From: Styela clava | Lineage: Eukaryota | Direction of reading: 5' to 3' | Assembly (NCBI RefSeq): GCF_964204865.1 | Contig: NC_135263.1 | Location: 12,214,001 to 12,278,000, forward strand | DNA: 64,000 nt | Part shown: positions 1-12,000 of the stretch, in pieces | Layout of the letters: each line of letters opens with the position of its first letter | Position numbering within the stretch: the stretch's first letter is position 1 | Position numbers and translations under genes: made by a program | The notes under the pieces: model-generated | What the model was told of the DNA's origin: nothing | Seen by the model: only the letters and a program-made list of their open reading frames with translations | Databases searched by the model: none

Positions 1-47
1 AGAAAAAAAGAAACACAAACTTGATAATATTTTCTTTTTTGTTGCAG

Positions 48-3000
48 ATGTAAACATTGGAATTATGCACCAGCAAAAGATTTGCCGACAGTCAGTGTCG
101 TAATTGTATTTCATAATGAAGGTTGGTCAACACTTATGAGAACAATTCATTCTGTGGTGAATTTTACTCCTAAAGAATTACTAGCTGAAGTTGTGATGAT
201 TGATGATCGCAGCAATAAAGGTGAGAATTGATAGGGGGTGAACAAAATTGAATAACGGGATGAGTGATTTATTTGAGTGGAAAAAGTAAAAATGAGATAT
301 ATTTTGAATTATATTGTTCTCAAATGTGCAGCAGGAAGCAGATGCAAGAGAAATATTTTTACAACATTTTATTTATCAATTTGGAATCAGAGAAAAGCCA
401 CATGCGAGACCAAACTCCAGGTCATTGAAAATGACTCCTGGCTAACGAATATTTGAACCTTGGTCGCAGAATCCTTGTAATCCCACAATCAACATCATTT
501 CAGTTATTACATGTTCACAGTTTCGAAAATAATTCAATTGAATGAAATTATTTTATTATTAAAAGACTCATCAGAAATGAGATGTAAACATTGATATTTA
601 AATGTCAATGTGCCTTGTCTTGTAAAGGAGTCTGTATACTGTCAAACCTAGATGCAGACATTGTTTTGGAATTCCTGACAGGTTCAATACCTAATAAAAA
701 ACTTTGATAGTTTGACTATACCATATCTTTGCCCATAACCAATTGCATTTGCCCAATTCTTCAACTCCTATTTTTAGAACACCTTAAGAAAAGACTTGAA
801 GATTACATTCAGAGGTGGGATGGTCTTGTCAAACTATTCAGAAATGAAAGAAGAGAAGGTTTGATTCGTGCAAGAAGTATAGGAGCCAAAAAAGCATCGG
901 CTGGCAAAGTTTTAGTTTATCTTGATGCACACTGTGAATGTGGGTATAATTGGTTACCACCACTCATTACTCCTATAGCAATGAACAGGTAGGTGATCGC
1001 GGTTTTCTAGTCTATCAGAATGTCAATGTTTACAGTAAAATTGCTTTATTTTTAAATTACTCCATGCGAAATTTTTTTGGACATCTGAATCAATATCACT
1101 CCCAATGTCCAATATGTCATTGATATTTTAAAACAACTATATCACTTTGTATTTCAACACCTCTTTCACAATTGAAGCACACAAATGTTAAAATGGGATT
1201 AATTTTAGAAAATATTTATAAACAAGTACTCTCTTTGAAATTTGATTGCAGTAATTTTTGACACACTTATTTGAATTGAATTTATTTTGAGCATGCGCGA
1301 TGAATTAAATTGGAAATATGTATGCTTAGAACCTCTCAAATCTGAGAAACTAGCTATGTTCAACCTCATTGAACTCAAATATGTATTGCATCAAGTGTAA
1401 AAACTTCAGGATTTCTGCCACATACAGAAATGACAAATGAGATTTGCCATGCTTTACTATTATTCTAGCCCACTTTATAGTGCATACTGGTAATTATATA
1501 TGCTTCATTAATTTTGATATTCCAAGTATTCATGGCTGACTGTTCTCATGCATTTTGCAATTTTGGTTTCACTTTTAGTTTACAACATCCATCGTGAATA
1601 TTTTCAAAAGAATGTTTCATATGCGCTGATTATTTGGTTTCTCCGGGACTAACTACTTATCCTTCTTCTATATTTTTGTGCTGGTAGATCCGTAGGCATA
1701 TAATGCAAAAAAGCCATAGCAAGAGTGAAGATAACTATTGTAGGCGATTTGTTGGTGTGCAGCATGACTCCCAGAACATTTCATATGAATGAGTATAGAG
1801 ATAATACAGCAGGGTAGCCCCAAAAAAACACGACGCATCATTTTTTTTTAAATTCATTGGAACTCTGTTTTGTTTTGAGTCACCTTATACGATTAAATCA
1901 ATGTCCATTACATTTAACATTTTGTGTTGTCTTTTAGAATGGTTACAACTGTACCTCTCATTGATGTAATTAGCGGGAGAGACTACACCTTCACTGGTCA
2001 AGCTGGTGGTAACTTGGATGGTTTTGCCAGAGGTGCATGGGACTGGAGTATGTTGTGGAAACGCACACCAATCACAAAAGAAGAAATTAAAAGGAGGGAA
2101 CACAAAACTGATCCCTACAGGTGAGGTTTTGTTTTATTTAGCAATTTAATCAAGGTTTTAGGCACATGGAAATTGGGTATACTGGATCGACCATTTCTTC
2201 AGAACAGAAAATAATCAGCAACTGGCTTCTTGAATAACCCATGATTATTTTCTGCATATTTAAAAGTGTAAACTTGCAAGGACACTGCTTTTCTGTATAT
2301 ATTATTTTTGGAATATTTCTCTCTGAAAATGACAGTAATGCATGCCATCAAGTCTTTTCGAATATCCTGCTTAGGAATGATTCGGGTGACCTCTGATATT
2401 CTATCATAAAATTGTGCGAATAAAATTTCATTACCACTTCGTTCTTGAAGGAAAATAAAGCCTGTGCCCTAACTGTGAGACAGTAATTTTATGGGATGTG
2501 ATTCACGAATTAAACAAAACATGATTATCTTATATGATTGTCCCGCTGCAGCATAGTTATTACCGTAAAACCTATGGCCTGGCCGATTGCGAACCTGTGC
2601 ATTTGGTGTTACTAACAAAAATCTACAGCTTTATTTGAATAATTTTTAATACGAAACTGAAATGTGAAAATCATGATAAATAGATTTCAGCCATGCTCAT
2701 TTGTGGGAAAAGTAAAATGTACCGTTGGTTTTTATAATTTGGCACCTACCAACACTGCTCTTGTCATGTAGTCTTTGGCAAAGATTGTGATGGTGGGTTC
2801 GGTCTGCAGTTTACACACCATTTAGTTACTGGAGTAAATTTTTTGGGAGGTCTTCCGCTTACATTCCCTCTGTTTGGTGTGTGCCACATCAAACAAGTTT
2901 TTCTTCCTGCAGCAACTGCACCCGCGATCACTTTGTTATATCTTGTCAATTCACTGTTCAATGACCATAACAACGCGTCTCTCTGGTGAGCTGGAGATTT

Positions 3001-6000
3001 GGCAACTTGTTGCTTTAAATTCAATGGAACAGAAAGTTTTACAGAATTGGCATCGGCTGCCCCTAATGAAAGCGTCCTTCCTACTTGGTTTTGTAATTCC
3101 CTTGGATATTGTTCACTTTCGCCACTGCTGTCCCCAAAAATAATGTTGTTTCCTACTTTGTACAATGCATTGAAGGCGCTTGGACATAAAACTTCATTGT
3201 TAAATCCCAGCATCTTTGATACTGCTTGAAGTACTCTTTCGTGGTCACTGAGCGGACCTTCTTCGAGTGTGTATGGTAAAAGCTGCAATAAATAATAGAA
3301 ATATATAAGATAGGCTAGATATTGCGAAGCTGATCAGTATCATTATGGCAAATTGGACTACTAGTTAGTTGTTCAGGGATATCTAAAATGGAAACAAATG
3401 TATGAACCAATTGGGAATTGATTATATGCAATATTTTGAATTCTTGCTTATAGGAGTAATTTAACAACATTTATCAAAATTAGCATTTTGAACAATGGTA
3501 GTCTTACAGATACAGTGACTGAAAAAGCTTTCACTTAATCTCTAAATACAATTTAATCACTATCTGAAATATATTCCATTATTAAGAATGTTTTTGGATA
3601 TAGATAATTAGGTTTTAGCCTCTTTCTTTGCAGATTTTTGAGTATTGTGAAAAAGGTTTAAATTCGATCATTGCAAAGCTTGAAAATGGTATTCATTTTC
3701 AACAATAACTGTTAATATCATTTGGAAATAAGCCCTTACCTGTAACTTATATATTCCTGCATCTTTGTCAAACAATAATCTCAATGAAGTCCCGCAACGA
3801 ACCAAATCACTATCAGTTATTTCACTCGGTTCGACAATTATTAGTTTATCTTTACTTCCATCTGGTGTTGGCACTGATTTCACACAGACATGATCCTGAA
3901 ATCTCTAAAAAATTCAATTAAATAGTTGGTTATTGGCTATTAGCATTTTGTTGTAATTAGAAAATAAACTCTTAATTCAGAGGAATTCAATTTTGTCTCT
4001 GGCTGCAGCTCTGATACCAGCTTACCATGTCAGTTGAAAACTATTATATCAGTAATCGCTAAACTTTATGGTAAAGCCTCTGTTTAAAATTCATTCATGG
4101 AATGGAGAATTTGCAAGGGGCTATGTAAATGTGTAGTCTGTATTATGGCATCAAAATATGTGTTGTATGTATGCATACCTGTAGTATTCCGATTTCCAAC
4201 TTGTTTTGGGCATAGGTACGTTTTCTACTAGATCCGCCATCGGTTGACAAATCGTGGAATTTCCATCCTCTCCCGGGCCCAAGTTTTCTTTTACGTCGTT
4301 TTCCATTTTTCGGTATACCGCTAGGTGTTTCGGGTGACGTGGTCGAGCCCGCCGTTGAATAAACTGGCGTGGCGGATCCCAACCCACTATCTGGTGACGT
4401 CTCCCGGATTTCGACAACGTCTCGTAAATCCAAATACTGAGGGCGGTCAGTCGTTGGTAGTCGCCAACGAGTTGCATCTAAATTTGAAGACGTACTTCCA
4501 GAATCGCTTGGTGTTGTTGGCGTCAAGACTGTTCGACGAAACACCCGGTCTCTTTCCACGATTTCGACATCTGGGCTTCGAGAGGATGACGCACCGCCAG
4601 TGCGAACGACACCCGTAGTTCTAAGGTTACCAGAATATACAAATACTTCTTCATCCGAAGGCGTTCTGCCAGAAATACCACCTTCTTTAGTTAAACAAGA
4701 CGCACTCGTCGGGGTTAAACTTTGAGTTATCGCTGTAATTGCATTTCTAATAGCTTGATCGTTCATTTCAGCTGTAGGTGTTTTCGTGATGACGGATTTG
4801 TTATTTGTTAAGTCGAAAGGCTTATCAAATGTTGCGTAATACGCCGCCATATCAGTCTTGAACTTAAAGCGGGATTTGTGTATGTTCTCGGTGACGTAAT
4901 CGTACGCTTTTAATTTTTCAGACTCACGTATGCTGTTGTCACGATTCGACTTCATGCTTAAATCTGTAGGTTGGCATTGAGGACTTCCCGTGTCCCCGGC
5001 CATAATTATTTACTATTCTATTATAACTGCAGAAAAAAAATATTTAAATAATTACTTCTATGTGGCCGACTTATTTTATATCCTGATTACGTTTAATAAG
5101 TTAGCATCCAATTTAATATCAAAGATGTTAGGTTTCCCATTTGACTTAACATACAAGCATAAACAGTATTGTCCGTATATTAAAGGAATGACACGGCGAT
5201 TACCAACTTGTGCCCACCTCCAGATATTTATGAATTGAGAATTGTCTTCAATGAATTCGTAATCGATGACTCATCGGCCTGTTGGGATTCTTTCATTCAA
5301 CCATATTAGTAAAATTTTTGTCCTTACCAGTAGTTACAATCAAGCAAGCTTGGCCGCCAATTGAGGCAAGATTCATTCGCGATCCGTTTGTAAACACTTC
5401 CAAATTTGGCGGGTGGGACGCATTCGATTGATTAAGTGCAAATAGTAAAAGGATGTACACCCTGGATGATAACGTTCAAGCCAAATAATCGCGTTATTCT
5501 GTTTTCTTAATTCCGATAATCTTCATTTGATTTTATCTTATCCACTATAGACAAAATTGTAGTTCTTGTTTTTTCAAATATGACAACTAATCTATTTTAT
5601 GAGGCCGCATCGGGTTGAACGTTCATCAACATACAATCGATTAAACACTCGACATTGTTAATTAAGGCTTACGGGCGACGAAATGACCTTATCACGTGAT
5701 CGATCACCTTCGATCTGTTCAAATCATCGACCTTATATGGTAATATAGGTTGTCAGATAGGTAATACGATGACTGATCACTCGACGACAGAATTTTTGCT
5801 GCCCTTGATACTCCCGGAATAGGTTTCCATCAGCAAATATATGCTTGAAACCAATTGTTTTAAATAATATATACCGTTGTCATTTAATTTATAAAACGCC
5901 AGAATTAGATAACCTGCGAGTGCGACCATCACAATAATGTTGCTCAGAACGTGGTACGTAACCAGCTAGAGTTAATCGACGTAACTAAACTGAGCGATGT

Positions 6001-9000
6001 ACAATACCTAAGTGTCAGCACAAGAAACAAAACCGAATTGATTACCCCAGCATGAAACTCATACATATTATCGTGCTCTTTAATCATCGTGTTCTTGCTT
6101 GATAATTTTCGACTTTCTATTCTTTCTATCTCAGCTACATTAATCGTATTTATTCAAGTCATCAGCGCGCGTCTTCGTGGTTAAAAAAAAACTACAATAA
6201 ATTTTCAAAGACATTTGGCTCAATCGTCACTTGTTTCGTTATTGTTGTTCATGACTTTACATTTACCAAAAAACAAATTCAAAAACTCTAGGATATCATT
6301 CTAACTGTCTAAATTTGGCATTCTTTTCTGAAGCAAGTCATTATAGATAAGCCAATCTGCCATAAAAGTCCGTTCCATATACGAATGTCGCCTGTACGAA
6401 TAAGTCGCATTGACCCATATAAGGATTTAGGACTAGTCTTAAGCGGGAATGAATTTGTAAAAATTCAAAACTCACTTATTAGCTGAAGTTTTACTCAATT
6501 ATCTCTCAAAAATTCTTATTTTTGGGAACAAAAATGATAAGTCCATAAACGACTTTTACAAATGCGTTCGTTTAATTATTCAAAACTTAATTTTTAGTCC
6601 ATTTCAACATATCGTCAACAATTAGTATTTCTACTTCCAGCGGAAACAGCGTTATGGCTTAAAAGCGCCATATAAGGCGATAATTGGTTTTAAATTTTGA
6701 CACAATTTTTGTAGCTTCCGCTGGCTGACCTGACCTATATGTTTCCATATATTGTCTACTGATGTATCACCATTAACGGTGACAAAAAACGTACTACCAG
6801 ATATAATCGATTTTAAGCAAAACTGGCCCAATTGTAAAGTCCTTTTTATGCCAGTTTGTAGTGTATTTACCTTGAAAAGACGATTATATATATTGCTTGC
6901 AGTTGTATCTTGAGTGAATATTATTATACCACTTTTGTACATACTTTTTATGATACATGGTCTCAACTTTCTAGTACATATAGTTTGTTGAGCGTCAATA
7001 CACTATTTTACGTCCTGACGACATAAAACTACTGCCAGGATTAGGTTGCTTTGACGATATGTACTAGTTGTTTCTGACTTTACTCTGTCGCTGTCAACTG
7101 CCAGCTCTTTTCTGTCATATCGATGAACACTTTCAACGACTTCATACATCTTTATTAGCCTACGACATTCATACGCTGTTGCCATGCGCTCGCAAAATTA
7201 TTGTCAAAAGCTAATTCTTTTACTGCACACGCACTCATATGCTTGAAACGTCAATGCGCGGTGTTTGTGTGTGTGATAGAGAGTTGGAGGCACACAGTTT
7301 ACACATTTCTGTAACGCTTGGTCAACGGCGCGTAGCATATAACAATGCCCATATATGGGAATTAATCGATGCTCGTTGAGTGGAGTACTAGACGAAACGC
7401 CCGATGTCGCTCTCAGATAAAGATATCTCATTGGTAAGAGATGTATTCCCTTCAATGTTATATGTATTGCCTTCTTTGGCGTATCGCTTGCTCTTCCGAA
7501 TAAGTCTTGATTTGATTGAGTGAAACCCGCTATGATTATGTACAATACGATGCGCATTTTTGACTACTAATTATCCCAACTAGGGCTATTTTATTTATTA
7601 TTTTTACCATAAAAATGCTACGAAAAAGATTACTTTTTAAGGCGGGTACATTTTCCTAAAAATCACACATACGCACAATTACGATATGGACAGGTTGTAA
7701 GCCATACATGCGGTATTTGGATTAAATGAGTTTCAAGACGATTATAATCACGGATTCGAAGATAAGTCATGGGCCACGTTAACGAAAATGAGAAATAAAA
7801 TTAGTTTCAGTTTCGGGAGCGCTGTTGTAGTTCTGCAATGGTTCATCGAACTTGTATACGCACTTTATTTGTGTATTACTTGCTTGTTTAGATATAAATT
7901 GAAATTGTCTGTAAATTGATTCCTACCTTGAAATTCCCTACAGTCTGGCGTCGAACTTTCGTAAATCCGAAGTTGACGAAGACAATACCATGTCTGGTTT
8001 CAAGAAGCAACTCGCTTGCTGAGCACTTATTTGCGTAGTAAAATTATCTCCATATGGACCTTTCCCCGACCTTTGACCCCCGAAAAATTCTTCCTATAAT
8101 TTATCGTTGCAAAATTTTCGGGGCTATTTTAAGAATACTTTTGCGAGTTGGCGCCTGTAAAATGAAGTATGTGTTTCAAACCATCATTATGATTCATCGC
8201 ATACAACAATCTGTTTTTTAAAAGTACCGGTAAAGAATTTTAGCCTAGTCTATCACAACTATTTCTACACTAATTTTTTATTACTGCAATTTAATTAAAA
8301 CTCCCAGGACGACCGAGTGACATTGGATTATCTGATTTATATTTAAGTTTCCGAAACACAACAGAAAACTAAAGAATGGAGTAAAAACGCGAAAACTAGG
8401 TAATGTTTACGACCACGCTTGAAAATCTGTCTGAGTGAGATAAGTGTCTGAGCGGATGCGAAAAGGGAACACTGTTACGTCACTTTTTGCATCTTGCTGA
8501 TTGGTCAATGTCACGAAGTAAACAAGGTAGTAGATGCTCGGGGAAAGGTCCATTGCGCTGAAAATTGGTCCTGTTTTAATCTGCAAACGGCCGTGTTTGC
8601 TAGATTTACCCCACGCGTTTTCGTTCTGTCGACCGCCATGCAAGTTGCTGCTGTTATATTTCACATGCATTTTTATTATCACCAAATGCGATTTGAGATT
8701 CTCAGATCCTACCTCTAAACATAGAAAGTTGATACTCTATAATAGAATTTAATGCTCTTCACCTTTATGTCCATTTGGAACCTCTAATTGGGCCCCATCA
8801 CGAGACCCCTTTAAAAACACCGCTAACATATTGTATGAAAGTAAAAAAATCAGTAGTGGATGCCGCAGGTTTTTTTTCACCTTTCAAACGTGATCTGCTA
8901 ACATAAAATAAAAATCTCAATGCTCGACTACGACTGCATTATAAAAACGACATAGATCAGGCGTGCTACTCACAAAACGCATCCCGGCTATATTGTCACA

Positions 9001-12000
9001 CTGCAAAACGTGCCACCAGACAATTTTATGCGCCCTCTTTTTTTCAAAAAAAGTGCATACATAAAGACAAAAATACTATATGTTCTTGTGTTTCATTATT
9101 CATCATTTTTATCAGATCACCTGCGATGGCGGGAGGTTTGTTCGCGATCGAGCGGGATTATTTCTTCGAAATCGGCCTTTATGATCCTGGTTTGGAAATC
9201 TGGGGTGGAGAAAATTTTGAACTTTCATACAAGGTAAGAATCGTCATACTGTATGAATAAATGTTTATTTGTCTCGTAATGATAAGGTTCATTGATGAGG
9301 TGAACGTATATTTTTTGATATGGGATGCATTCACAATGATTAAAATTCTTCTGCACCTAAATCTGAAACCAAATTTTTATATTACCTATGTTACGTTATA
9401 GTACGTTTTTATATTAAGTATGCAAGCCTAGGCGGGATGAGGGTTAAGAAATGCGATCAAACCGTTTACAGTTAACCCAGTGACGGGACTGTTTTTTTTT
9501 ATTTATAATAAAGTCTGAAATGAATGTCGATATTTCCGACAGAAACTAATAAGGAGTTGAGATGACATTCCCTAGAGACGATTACAGTAGACCTTGCATA
9601 CTACATTCTTTGTAATCACAATTTGGTCTCCCCGGAGTTTGGATTCGAAGTTTCCTCAGAACCCCTTTAAACCCTGTGTTGGGAACCGGAGTCGGAGTCA
9701 AAAGAATTTGTTAACCATAAGTCAGAACCGGAATTTAGTGTAGTCTTCAATCTACAATCTGGAACCCGACCACCTCGGTTGCAATTCTTTACTAACTTTG
9801 CGTTGATCACTCCGAAACCCGGAAACATAAAAGTTCTAAAATCATCTCGAATCGTTTTTTTTACAATACCAATGTAAATCCTATGTACAATAGGTTAAAA
9901 CGACATGGGATATCTTTTAGCATCAGCGGTCATATCTTATACTTGCAATTTATTTTAGATATGGATGTGTGGCGGTGAAGTACTTTTTGTACCATGTTCA
10001 AGGGTGGGCCATATATACAGATTGCCTGGTTGGAGTGGGAACCCTCCTCCAGACTATGTTCCTTCAAATCCAAGTCTGAGGGTAAGCTTGTTTTTTTTTC
10101 TGATATTAGATTAGCTTTAAAATGTAACAAAACACGTTTAATTTACTGATATTTATAGGTAAATCGTATTATCTCCAGTTCGCCTAAGATTGAGGTTTTG
10201 GTCTAAGACGAATAAGCGCCAAATGAAATGAGTTACAAATACGGATGCCACTTATAGATTTACGAATCGAATTGATTCGAACCAGATTCACGCAATTCGG
10301 AAAAAGAGAGCGATTTACCGAAGAAAAACAAACACGCTTGTTCATCGTTGTTATCGGCGGCATTAAATCTGTCGAATGCGTTTATGCGGCACTCCAAATC
10401 ACGAGACGGGACTGTGAATGAATTGTTCGTGATTGACTTTTACTGATCTGCCGTCATCCGTGTGGTGTAATTTCTTTCAAATTGCCAGTTCAGTATTCCA
10501 CTGAATGGCCCAAGTTTCTATTATACGCTTATACACAAATTTAAATAGATCGTATCCTTGAAAATTCTTTCCAATTTTGATAATTATAATCTGCAACAGC
10601 AAACCTGCGCTGCGACTAAGTTATGGTACGCCCTGGCATGATTGGATGAAGAATCACCTACCGACTTGCAGAAAATATTTAATTTTGATTGAAATTTAAT
10701 TTAAACTTCGTTCAGAGTGAAATATTTCGGGTATATTTGATTCGCGTATATAACTATTACTAAATAAGTTCATTATCCGGTCATGTTAATTGACAATAAT
10801 GTTTTTCATCCTAAATATATATTTTATCCATTTTATTAGCATTTGCTGTGCCTCCACTTGAGTGGCGGTAAATGAAATGAAGGCAAACATGTGATGGAAC
10901 ATGTAAGTGTCTTCTTCCAGCTGTTACATTTTAAAAGAAATGTAATATTTGCTAAGCACGATATAAGCGAGGAATAAAACATTTCGCTTATTCCATAACG
11001 AACATGCAGGAATAGATAATACTTGTGGAATGGCAAATTGTGCTCTGTTTCACATTAACACGCGCCAGATTTCATACCAGACCAAGCATAATATGCGAAT
11101 GTCGTCTTACTTTAGCTCCAACGATCGTGTTTGATCGAGATACAGCGTCGACCAATTATCGCTCGTCAGCTCCGCGTGTATTATGTACTTGGACTTTCTG
11201 AATTACGAAATCAAACGTAGTCCGAGATAATAATAAAGTCCCGAGTTTGGTAATAACGGTTTTAGTACTTAATATATAAGGGAATATTTTTTCGCAGTCG
11301 TAGTCAGTTGGTAGTTTATTTTAATCGAAATCAATTTAATTTAAATGAGTTAATTTTTTTGTTCTCAAGCATATTCCTTAAAGCAAATTTCATTTATTGT
11401 AAACCGGATGCAATTAAAATGGTGATCGCGTATTTATATTCAATAGAATGTGCCCAAAGCAAGGTGTTTCATACTCACTTAGGACTAGGAGTAATGGAGA
11501 CTCCTCTCGGATCAGAGTTAGTTACGACGCTTAAGCAGTACAGTTCCATATCGTGGTTTTAAATTAATATTTTCGTGCTGTTCGTCCCCCACTGTTTTAC
11601 TTTATCTGGGTATCTCTATTCGGTTATTACTATTTTTCCCATACTATTTTTCCCTAGCGTAGCCTAAGATAAGCATAATGAAAGATATCAGGAGAAAGAC
11701 AGAACATTACAGTTATTTCCTTCCTATAAATGAGTGCCTGTATTCCCCTTTGCGTAAACAAGTTGTCGCCATTTTGTTTTTTGTTCTACGTTTAGAATTA
11801 CATTCGTGTGGTGGAAACTTGGTGGGATGAATACAAGGAATATTTCTATGCAAGTCGACCAGAAACTATCAATATGCCGTATGGTGATATCTCTGAACAG
11901 GTAAATCCGCATAGAATATATCTATCTAACGGTTAGATTGTCAGCCACTCTTCAGAAATTCGTTTATTTCCATTCGAAATTTTCTTCCATGTTAGAAAAT

